From positions 3,712,001 to 3,776,000 of the forward strand of contig OY760937.1 of assembly GCA_963664225.1 (NCBI GenBank): DNA of 64,000 nt, read 5' to 3'. A program made the position numbers and the translations under genes. This DNA is from Verrucomicrobiia bacterium. GTDB lineage: Bacteria; Verrucomicrobiota; Verrucomicrobiia; Limisphaerales; UBA1319. The notes below the pieces were generated by a model. The model worked only from the letters and a program-made list of their open reading frames with translations, had not been told where the DNA came from and searched no databases. Positions 40,309 to 48,768 of this stretch are shown here, in pieces (the first letter of the stretch is position 1; each line of letters begins with the position of its first letter).

Positions 40309-41415
40309 ATGAAAAAGCGCTCCAATCAGCCAGTAACAGTAGCTGAAAGCCAAAGTGACTGGGTAAAGACCCCGACGGCAAATTTGATCCGCTATAAACC
40401 ATCTGGTGTGTATTTCGCCAGAGTTCGGATTCGAGGCAAGCTTTTTCGCCAGACTCTTAAGACTTCGGTCATTAGCGTGGCCAAGCTGCGGCTGGCGGAT
40501 TTCATCAACGAGAAAACGGAAGAGTTGGGGGATGTCTCGCGGGTGGACGCAGGGAGGATGACGGTTGCCGATGCGGTCGCTCTTTTCCATGAGCGCCTCA
40601 ACGGCCAGCAAAACATAAAAGAGGGGGCAAAGGTTTATCGTCGTAAATGCTTGGAGGCCCTTCTTAAATCCTGGCCTGATCTGGAAAGCACGTTGGTTTG
40701 GAAAGTGACCAAGGACGATTGCCTGGCGTGGGCCAAGAAATTTGCCGAAAAATACAGTGCGACGGTTTACAACAACACCGTTGGGACACTCCGCATGATC
40801 TTGGACCTGGCGGTTGAAAAGGGCGCAAGGTCGCAAAACCCCGCCTACGCGATTACAAAAAAGCGGGTGATCCTGAGGGAATTGGTCCTGCCATCGCACG
40901 AGCAATTCGAGAAATTCGTTACGAACATCGAAAAGGCAGGGGCGTGGTGTAGCCAGGAATGCAGTGATCTGGTTCGATTCCTTGCCTTCGGTGGGTTTCG
41001 TAAGACGGAAGCCGCGAATATTCTTTGGGGGGATTGCGATTTTGAGACCGGCCAAATGCGTGTGAGGGTGACAAAGAATGGCAAACCTCGAACCGTGCCC
41101 ATGATCCCCGACATGAAGAATTTGCTTTTGCGTCTCAAGTCCAGCCGAACGGAAGCGTTACCCAGCGAACCGGTCATGCAATTACAGGAATGCCAAAAGG
41201 CCATGGATCGCGCCTTGGAAAAGCTCGGCATGCAACGCATGACGCACCACGATTTGCGGCATCTCTTCGCGACACGTTGCATTGAAAGCGGCGTGGATAT
41301 TCCCACGGTCAGCCGGTGGCTGGGCCATCAGGATGGCGGGGCGCTGGCAATGAAGGTTTACGGCCACTTGCGCAGCGAACATAGCCAGCAAATGGCCCAG
41401 AAGGTCCACTTCTGA
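40309..41415 (+). CDS. Tyrosine integrase
   Basis: N-terminal arm-binding-like beta segment; catalytic R (GFRKTE), K (TKNG), HDLRH, LGH, Y. Confidence 0.95.
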   Translation: MKKRSNQPVTVAESQSDWVKTPTANLIRYKPSGVYFARVRIRGKLFRQTLKTSVISVAKLRLADFINEKTEELGDVSRVDAGRMTVADAVALFHERLNGQQNIKEGAKVYRRKCLEALLKSWPDLESTLVWKVTKDDCLAWAKKFAEKYSATVYNNTVGTLRMILDLAVEKGARSQNPAYAITKKRVILRELVLPSHEQFEKFVTNIEKAGAWCSQECSDLVRFLAFGGFRKTEAANILWGDCDFETGQMRVRVTKNGKPRTVPMIPDMKNLLLRLKSSRTEALPSEPVMQLQECQKAMDRALEKLGMQRMTHHDLRHLFATRCIESGVDIPTVSRWLGHQDGGALAMKVYGHLRSEHSQQMAQKVHF

Positions 41416-41582
41416 GTTTTGGAAATTGGTTTGTCTGTGGCCCTGTCTTTATAGGGTCGTTGTGCATCATCCTCAGCCGCACCCCTTCAAACCTGTGGCA
41501 ATCGACTGTAAAATACCCTCAGATTGCCTCTTAAATTCCCCGTATATAGGCCGTTAAAATGAGGCAGAAAGATTAGAAACCT

Positions 41583-42788
41583 ATGCAGCGAAGCGGTCGC
41601 CCCAGTTTAACCTTTTGTCGGTCCAATAGCCCCTTGTTGCACCGTGGTTTTACGATGCTTGAGCTGATCGTAAGCCTTTGTATTGTTGCGGCGCTGGCAG
41701 CAATGATGGTACCCGCGATTATCGGGGCGGTCAATGGTGCCAAGCAGGCTGCCGATAGTCATACGCTGGCGATTCTCAATGACGCACTCACGCGCTACAA
41801 GGTTGAGGGCGGTGGCGTAGCGGCGTTAACGGCCAGTACACCGATTTCCCACGTGATTGCGGCGTTGGGGCAAACGGTAGACTGGGGTGGCTTGAAACAT
41901 CAGTTCCTAGGCAGGGGAGTAACCTACAGAGGCAAGTCCATTGATGCCAAGGGTGTGGCGGCACAGTATCGGTTTACAAGGTATAATACTTACACGGCGG
42001 AAACGGGGGGCACCAGCCCAGTGACGCCTAGTGGGCCCTATGTTTACGTGGCAGATAATATCCATAAGCTCGTATGCAAGTTTGATAGTAGTGAAACCTT
42101 TGTCATGTCTTTCGGAAGTGGCTACCTTAATCAACCCAGTAGTCTCACAATCGATGGCAGCGGGAATATTCTGGTCACAGATATGACCAACCACTGCGTG
42201 GTGAAATTCGATAGTAACGGAGGTTATCTCTCATCCTTCGGTAGCTCAAATCTCAGTTGGCCTCAAGGTATAACCGTCGATAGTAGCGGGAATATCTTAG
42301 TGGTAGATGCTTCCCCCCACTGTGTAAAAAAGTTCAATAGCGGCGGAGGTTATCTCTCATCCTTCGGTAGCTCAAATCTCAGTTGGCCAATCAGCATTGT
42401 CATCGACACTGGAGGTAATATCCTGGTGACAGATTGGACCAGCCATAAAGTTGCCAAATTCGATAGCAGTGGAGGTTATCTCTCATCCTTTGGCAGTGCC
42501 AATCTCACTCGAGCCGACGGCATCGCAATTGATGGCAGCGGAAATATTCTGGTGACTGATGATTCTAGTCATAAAGTCGCAAAATTCGATAGCAGTGGAG
42601 GTTATCTCTCATCCTTTGGCAGCGCCAATCTCACTGGCCCCACTGGAATTGCAGTCGTTAACAGCGGCAATATATTGGTGGCAGATTCTAGCGGCCATTG
42701 TATGGTAAATTTCGACAGCGGCGGAAACTATCTCTCATCCTTTGGGGGCACGAATCTCTCTTGTGCTCAGTATTTTATCGTTCGATAG
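41583..42788 (+). CDS. Prepilin-type (type IV pilin / pseudopilin) protein with C-terminal NHL beta-propeller
   Basis: G|FTMLE cleavage/methylation motif plus hydrophobic helix; 5-6 repeats of P.GI..D.SGNILV.D...H.V.KFDS.G.YLSSFG. Confidence 0.88.
   Translation: MQRSGRPSLTFCRSNSPLLHRGFTMLELIVSLCIVAALAAMMVPAIIGAVNGAKQAADSHTLAILNDALTRYKVEGGGVAALTASTPISHVIAALGQTVDWGGLKHQFLGRGVTYRGKSIDAKGVAAQYRFTRYNTYTAETGGTSPVTPSGPYVYVADNIHKLVCKFDSSETFVMSFGSGYLNQPSSLTIDGSGNILVTDMTNHCVVKFDSNGGYLSSFGSSNLSWPQGITVDSSGNILVVDASPHCVKKFNSGGGYLSSFGSSNLSWPISIVIDTGGNILVTDWTSHKVAKFDSSGGYLSSFGSANLTRADGIAIDGSGNILVTDDSSHKVAKFDSSGGYLSSFGSANLTGPTGIAVVNSGNILVADSSGHCMVNFDSGGNYLSSFGGTNLSCAQYFIVR
42100..42750 (+). repeat. 126-bp tandem repeats encoding NHL blades
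   Basis: GGAGGTTATCTCTCATCCTT recurs at 42219, 42345, 42471 and 42597, with a variant at 42723. Confidence 0.9.
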
Positions 42789-42913
42789 GGAGTGTTCGCA
42801 AAGTCTTAACGGCATATGGGCGATAGGTATAATGGCTTTATAGCAAAGAGAATAATAAGTGACAAGGTATGGAAGGCATAGGGGCCTAAGGTAATAGAAG
42901 CGAGCGGCAATAT

Positions 42914-43129
42914 GTGAGCACCACCGCAGCCTACAGCGTCACCAACGGTGATACATGGGCTGCAAGCACGGTTCCTAGTGTTGCGTGGAATTCAGTAGTT
43001 TATGGAGCTAGAAAATATGTGGCGACATCTAGTGCTACGCAAGCCGCCTATAGCACCGATGCCGGTGTGACATGGATTCCCATAACACTTCCCGCCCCCG
43101 GCAACTGGTATGTGACCGCCAGCCAATAA
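42914..43129 (+). pseudogene. Orphan C-terminal fragment of a BNR/Asp-box-like beta-propeller
   Basis: AAYSVTNGDTW ... AAYSTDAGVTW repeats; no signal peptide or convincing start. Confidence 0.55.
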
Positions 43130-43464
43130 ACAGTCCCCGACGAAGTTTGCTTGGGCGGGGATTGTAAGATAAACTTGAGCTGGGATTACGCGTTACTCTC
43201 CGCAGGAGCCGGAGGCGTGGACTTCTCCCCGCGTTCCAACATCGCCGCGCGGCATGGGAGCTTGACGCGCCCCATGTCGTCCGCGAAAATGTGCACAAGG
43301 CCGCATTGTGAAGCTATAAGAGCTGAAGGGAACCGGGTGGTCGTCTGGACGGTGAACACAAACTAAAACAAAAAACTGTAAGAGTTTGTTTCAAGAAGTG
43401 TGTGTTAAATTAAATCGCATAGGAATATTGACTGGGGCTTTTCATGAGCCCCAGCCGTGGTGGA

Positions 43465-43725
43465 TTACGCCTCTGGGATATCGGGCTGGCTGCCGATCCA
43501 TTCAAACGCTCGGGTTGCCAGCAGGCTGAGAACCAGAAGATTCTGATGGCCGAAACTACCTGATGACTTCCAAGCATCTCCCTCTTTGTAGGAACGCTGG
43601 AAGGTGACGTTGAACACGGGTCCTTTATCGGATTCCTGACGCCAGATGCTGGCGCTGACAGCCCCGTAGCGGATTTTATGCGCGGGCGGATTGTTGGTTT
43701 TCGTTGGCTTGGTTTGATTTTTCAT
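43465..43725 (-). CDS. Small mobile-element protein, possibly ssDNA-binding
   Basis: P.HKIR.GAVSASIW...FNVTFQRSYK....WK...SF pattern. Confidence 0.65.
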   Translation of the reverse strand: MKNQTKPTKTNNPPAHKIRYGAVSASIWRQESDKGPVFNVTFQRSYKEGDAWKSSGSFGHQNLLVLSLLATRAFEWIGSQPDIPEA

Positions 43726-43946
43726 AGGGATACTGAGGTGAAATCATTTGTGAAGCAAGGAGGCGGTCCTTGAACGGGGGAGTGTCGATTAAGAAAAAAA
43801 TAAACGGTAAGACTTGGTATCATTCCTACCCCTTGCACAAGAAGTCCAAAGATATCGGAGGTGTATGGCAAGTCCAAAAAACGCCTTCAAACCGATTCAA
43901 AATGGATGAAGAAACTCCGCACTTAACGGGCTTTCTTCAAGGGATT

Positions 43947-45047
43947 TTAAATCCTGATCCGCTCAATTTCATCGAGGGTGATTTCGTCTTTTGTGCGGTC
44001 GTAAAGCTTGGTGGTGCGAGGGGATTCGTGGGCGGCGATGGCCTGGGCGTTTTCCAGGGTTCCGCCCGCTTCGATATAGGCGGTGATGCCCGTGGCTCGA
44101 AAGGTGTGGCAGCATACGCGGTCTGGCAGCCCTGCTTCCCGAGCCCGGCGCTTGATCATTCTCAAGGCATCGGTACGGCTCATGGCATGGTCTGAAAGGG
44201 TATTAGTGCGGCTGATCGCCGAGCGGAAGAGGGGAGTTTTCTTTGCGTGTTGGAGTCCGGCGGCGGTGATGTAGGCATCCAGATACGCCTCGGCGTTATG
44301 GTGAACGGGGACCTCATGGAATTTGCCGCCTTTTTCATGCAATCGAATCCAAAAGCGCTTTCCGCTGGCGTAATAATCCGAGACCTCCATGCCGACCATC
44401 GCACTGATGCGGGCGAAGGAAAAAACCATGAGCGCAATGAGCGCCCGGTCGCGCAGGCCCGCCAAATCAGGGACGGCGATGCTCTGGCAGTTTTCAATGA
44501 CCGTCCGTAGCAGTGGAATGGAATTGAGCAGTTTACGAGTGTCCTTGGCGGTTAGGACGGGGGTCTTGCCTTTCTTGACCACATGCTTTGGACCGCGCAC
44601 GGAGGCCGCCGGATTGTGGGGCACGATCTGGCCTGTGACGAGCCAGTCAAAGAGCATCCGAATGGCGGCCAGGTGTTGTTTGACCGAGGGGGCCTCGAGG
44701 GCGGTGGTGGCGGTGCGGGATTGAAACCGCTTTCCAGTTTGACTGTCCCGGAAAAACCAACGTTTCCGCGTTAACCGCTCCGGCAATTGCTCCACATAAG
44801 CGGCCACATGAAATGGCCGGAGACTTTTCAAATCCAACTGATGCTTTTCGCTCCAATCGAGGAATTGCACCACGGCTCGGGCGTAGGCTTTGCGGGTATT
44901 GGGATTACGGATGTTGGCGGTAAAGAATTCAATGAAGCGTTGGGTGGCCTCGGGTCCGGCAGCGGCGATGAGTTTAGGAAATGGTCCGCCTGCAAAAGCC
45001 AAAGGAAGGCTGGGTTGAGGGGTGTGCGGGATGAGTTCGTCGGCCAT
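43947..45047 (-). CDS. Tyrosine recombinase (resolvase-like, SAM-like N-terminus)
   Basis: FFTANIRNPNTR.AY, RDRALI...FARISA, EKGGK, CHTFRATGIT, AHES.RTT.LY. Confidence 0.93.
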   Translation of the reverse strand: MADELIPHTPQPSLPLAFAGGPFPKLIAAAGPEATQRFIEFFTANIRNPNTRKAYARAVVQFLDWSEKHQLDLKSLRPFHVAAYVEQLPERLTRKRWFFRDSQTGKRFQSRTATTALEAPSVKQHLAAIRMLFDWLVTGQIVPHNPAASVRGPKHVVKKGKTPVLTAKDTRKLLNSIPLLRTVIENCQSIAVPDLAGLRDRALIALMVFSFARISAMVGMEVSDYYASGKRFWIRLHEKGGKFHEVPVHHNAEAYLDAYITAAGLQHAKKTPLFRSAISRTNTLSDHAMSRTDALRMIKRRAREAGLPDRVCCHTFRATGITAYIEAGGTLENAQAIAAHESPRTTKLYDRTKDEITLDEIERIRI

Positions 45048-45954
45048 GGAGAATCCTCAGAGAAAGCTTAGGAATGCTTCGAGCCCGCAGGAGGTTGTTG
45101 TTGGACCATCCTTTCGAGCATACCTGACAGTTTGCGGATGGAATCGAAAACTGCAAGGCTTATATGTAAGGCGACATAATACAGTCTATTATATGCGTGT
45201 TGGATGGTCGCCTCGGTTTTTCACTCGATTGATTCATATGATGCCGGAAAGAAAATGATATTTATCAAGGCTCCTTCAATTTTCGGTAGGTGGCAAAATA
45301 GAATTTTGCAAAGCGTGCGCAGAGCGCGGGAAAGTCAGGAGTCGGCCAATGCTGGCGTGCCATGCCTGCCCAAGCAATGGCTTGCTTGCGATAGAAATAC
45401 GACGTTCGGCGTTGGCCAATATTCCCTGAATAGGCCGGAATGATGGAGTGAAATAGCGCAAACTGACGTTCAATCCACGGTCGGGGAGGGGAGGGATTAT
45501 TGCCCTCAACGCAAGCCGAGGAATCAGGTAATTGGCCAAATAAGGACTGGGTATGGATCGAAGGCATGAAGAATTCCCCCTCTTCGTCGGATTCCAAAAC
45601 AACCGAGTGCCGGATGGCAACACAAAAGAAACCAGCAGAATGATCCGTTTGCTGGCTAAACGCTGCGACAGGTGTTCAAATTTGAAAAGCGCCAATCCCC
45701 TTCAAATCTAAATGACGCAAATTGCACTGTTCGAAAAACTGGGACTCGACACTTGCGTAAGCCATGCTCGTGCCAGGGATGCAGATATTGGCAGGACTGA
45801 ATTCGATGAAGCGATAAGTGGCGGAAACGCAATTCGTTAAATCCTTCTTGGAGAGAGCATTCCTGCGAACGTGAGGGCCAAATTGGAAATGGAAAAACTT
45901 GGAACAATGTGCTGATCCAGCGCTAAAAAGTCTCCAAAACGGAGGCCGCCCATT

Positions 45955-45982
45955 ATGATTCATAAAGGACGTTATGAGTCAT
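45955..45982. other. dif-like 11-6-11 tyrosine-recombinase core site
   Basis: ATGATTCATAA-AGGACG-TTATGAGTCAT; the arms are inverted repeats with one mismatch. Confidence 0.6.
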
Positions 45983-46293
45983 AAAATAGCTCCTCGACTT
46001 TAAATTGTAGCCGACGCGCGCTGCGCGACATTTTACTGTCAATTTCCAATCACGACAGGTAAAATCCCATCCATTAAGAACGACGCGCATGCGCATTACG
46101 TGATGATCGATCAACTCAAACCGAACCAAGTACAGCGCAGGCTGAATTTCCCTGAGTCGGTCGAAGTCATCGTCATTCTTCCAAGCGATGCCCTGGCAGC
46201 CAAACCAGCCATAAGATGTGTGTCGACGCTCAGCCGCACGGACATCACCGCACCAAGCGTCAGTCTTCAATGCGTATTTGAAATGGCCCTATC

Positions 46294-46535
46294 CGATAAA
46301 GACACCGACATCCCTAGCCTGTCCCGCGCCGCGCTGCTCCAGAAAATCGAAATACAAAGCTGGTCGCTCAACCCCGACCGCTATGTGGACGTGGCCCATC
46401 GACGAAGCCATGCGCGACGAGGACCGCAAGGAACAGTTCGAAACGCTGAGCGAGGAACTCGAAACCCTCAACTCCACAGCACGGGAGTTGGAAGCTACGA
46501 TTGCCAACAACGTCATGGAGATCCTCGAAGCATGA
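46294..46535 (+). pseudogene. hsdM: Frameshifted 3' remnant of type I R-M methyltransferase
   Basis: DIPSLSRAA...IE.QSWSLNPDRYV in one frame continues as EDRKEQFETLSEELETLN..ARELEATIANNV.EILEA* in another. This is the typical HsdM coiled-coil tail. Confidence 0.7.
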
Positions 46536-46591
46536 TGAACCAACCCGTGCGCGTGCGGTTCTGTTCCCTTCTCCATTTGGGAGGGCCTGGG

Positions 46592-46702
46592 ATGGCCGAA
46601 CAAATTCACCCACACTACCGCAAAATCCAAAACCTCCGCTGGACGCGCGACGAACTTCTGCGGCGTCTTCTGTCGGTGTAGATCAATCTTGAAATCGATT
46701 GA
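46592..46702 (+). pseudogene. hsdS: 3' remnant of type I R-M specificity subunit
   Basis: KIQNLRWTRDELLRRLLSV matches the HsdS C-terminal L..TRD.LLPRLLSG motif; premature stop. Confidence 0.65.
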
Positions 46703-46705
46703 ACC

Positions 46706-48307
46706 ATGCGCGACGAGTTTCTCCAAAAAACAAAAGACACCTTGGCTAAACGTGTCGGGACACACTGCTCAAATCCACAATGTTGGAAGCTAACGAGTGG
46801 TCCACGGGATGACCCTGAAAAAACGGTCAATATCGGAGTGGCAGCACACATCACTGCTGCGGAAGTTGGTGGCCCACGCTTTGATTCGTCATTAAGCGTT
46901 CGCCAACGTTCTTCCATCAGCAACGCGATTTGGCTCTGCCAGAACTGCTCGAAACTCATCGACAATGATGAATGCCGATACACGGTGGATTTGCTGCGTC
47001 AGTGGAAAACCTTGGCCGAAGAAACCGCGCGCCTCGGCGTGGAAACCACTGGCGCTACGATCCCGTTACAGCCAATATCCGACGTTGAAGTGGTCCAGGC
47101 ATACGCCCAATGCTTTGAACGACAGGCATTTCAGGACCATTTAAGGCAAGAAGGTTCTATGGAGGCTTTCGACAAAGCGATTGAGGACACGATTGTCGGC
47201 ATCAGCACAGGAAGCATCTGCACTCTGGATGGCAATGTCCTCATGCATGCGCGAGGGAAGGTGTTCTTAAAGGACCGAAGACTTCGCGAGCGAATGGATG
47301 TCATCGTAGATTTACTCCGGTGGATTCGCTTTCGCTACGCCGATGCAGTTAAACGGAAGGCAATCACCTTTCATGAGGATTCCGGCGGTACAACCTCCTA
47401 TTGCATCCACGAGCAGGAATTGGCTCAATGGATGGATACCACTCGCACTCAAGTGCTGGAGTTGTTCAGCGAAGTCTGCCAACAAGTCGGCATTCATCCT
47501 CCCTTGCTTAGTCGCGGCCAAAGGCAAGAATTCTCTAGCGCCTCAGTTCCCACTCCGGCGTTTTCGAGCGTAGCGCCGACTAACACTCCAGCAGAGACAT
47601 ATCAGAAGCAAATATCACGATTTGTTCATGAGCTTAAAACACCCCTTGGCGCGATTAGAGGCGCTGTAGAGTTCCTCCAACAGACCGACGATCCGAACCA
47701 GAAGAACGAGTTGGCCAGAGACGTCGTTTCTTGGTGCATGTTAATCCATCGGTTGCTCCAAACCATCTCATTTCTCGGAACGTCGAATTGCAGTTATTTC
47801 TTTCAAAAAACACTACTGCTGCGAGACATCATCACCCCAGCAGCGAATTCGATTGAGATGCTCCTCAGGGAGCGTGGATTCGACAGGTCACAGATACATA
47901 TAACCGACCTGTCAGTCATTTCCCCCTTGTTTTTGGATCGTTCGTGCTTCCAACAAGTGTTTTTCATTCTTTTGTCCAACGCAATTAAATATGCCCTGCC
48001 AAAAGGGCCCCTTCGTGTCCTCGTCAGGGCAAATCGAACCCAGAGCGCGCACCAGATTTCAATCTGCGACTGGGGGATCGGCATCGAGGAAGGCGAAAAG
48101 AATTCGTTGTTTCTTCCGGGTTTTCGCGGCCAGAAGTCTATAGCCATGAATGCTCACGGAGATGGGCTTGGGCTTACGCTGGCAAGAACTATTGTGGAGG
48201 TGCACGGGGGCACAATTGGTGTTCAATCGCTCCGCTCGCCTACCGAATTTCTGATTAGCTTACCGCGGACTTTGGAGTCCATTCTTCCCGGCCAATGGCA
48301 CCCATGA
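46706..48307 (+). CDS. HNH-like nuclease / helical domain / histidine kinase fusion (soluble)
   Basis: N-terminus: CSNPQC...AAHI.AA..GGPR...N.IWLCQNC..LID. C-terminus: H-box HELKTPL, N-box LSNAIKY, DWGIG, GDGLGL. No TM segments. Confidence 0.85.
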   Translation: MRDEFLQKTKDTLAKRVGTHCSNPQCWKLTSGPRDDPEKTVNIGVAAHITAAEVGGPRFDSSLSVRQRSSISNAIWLCQNCSKLIDNDECRYTVDLLRQWKTLAEETARLGVETTGATIPLQPISDVEVVQAYAQCFERQAFQDHLRQEGSMEAFDKAIEDTIVGISTGSICTLDGNVLMHARGKVFLKDRRLRERMDVIVDLLRWIRFRYADAVKRKAITFHEDSGGTTSYCIHEQELAQWMDTTRTQVLELFSEVCQQVGIHPPLLSRGQRQEFSSASVPTPAFSSVAPTNTPAETYQKQISRFVHELKTPLGAIRGAVEFLQQTDDPNQKNELARDVVSWCMLIHRLLQTISFLGTSNCSYFFQKTLLLRDIITPAANSIEMLLRERGFDRSQIHITDLSVISPLFLDRSCFQQVFFILLSNAIKYALPKGPLRVLVRANRTQSAHQISICDWGIGIEEGEKNSLFLPGFRGQKSIAMNAHGDGLGLTLARTIVEVHGGTIGVQSLRSPTEFLISLPRTLESILPGQWHP

Positions 48308-48759
48308 AAACAAAACCGATCTTACTGATTGTTGACGACGACCATAAAGCAATGAGCTACTTCGTGATGGCTCTTGAGAACTCCGGCTACCGCGTGACGC
48401 AAAAATGCACGGCCTCCGATGCTATAGATTTTCTGAGCGCGTATTCGCAGACCGTGGACGGCGTTATACTCGATATGATGCTACCGCTGGGCCATGTGTC
48501 TCCCACTTGGAACGCTGATGACGAAATGTTCGGCGGGAAAGAAGTTTATAGGTATCTCCAGTCTACGCATCCAGGAATCCCCATTCTTGTTTTGTCGAAT
48601 ATTTCCAGTGGGAGATTGCTGAACGAGTTCCCTTCCAGCGACACCGTCCAAGTGGCCGTTAAGTGCGAGCATTCCCCTTTCATGATCGTTGACTTAATAA
48701 ACCGCTTGGTTGGCTCGACAAGCTCGGGTGGGGACGAAGAACACACCCGAAACCCCTGA
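48304..48759 (+). CDS. Stand-alone response regulator receiver
   Basis: IVDDD, ILDMMLP, LSN, K..HSP. ATGA overlap with the kinase stop. Confidence 0.88.
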   Translation: MKTKPILLIVDDDHKAMSYFVMALENSGYRVTQKCTASDAIDFLSAYSQTVDGVILDMMLPLGHVSPTWNADDEMFGGKEVYRYLQSTHPGIPILVLSNISSGRLLNEFPSSDTVQVAVKCEHSPFMIVDLINRLVGSTSSGGDEEHTRNP

Positions 48760-48768
48760 ACTGCCATC

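Noticed and set aside
42100..42750. Regularly spaced repeats resembling a CRISPR array
   Set aside because: The period is 126 bp, in frame, and encodes NHL blades. The inter-repeat sequences are homologous to each other, and no cas genes are present.
43151..43366. Possible GDPD fragment (VVVWTVN)
   Set aside because: A single short motif is insufficient evidence.
45204..45950. Short overlapping minus-strand ORFs
   Set aside because: They look like fragments of a decayed gene, but I cannot assign a family.
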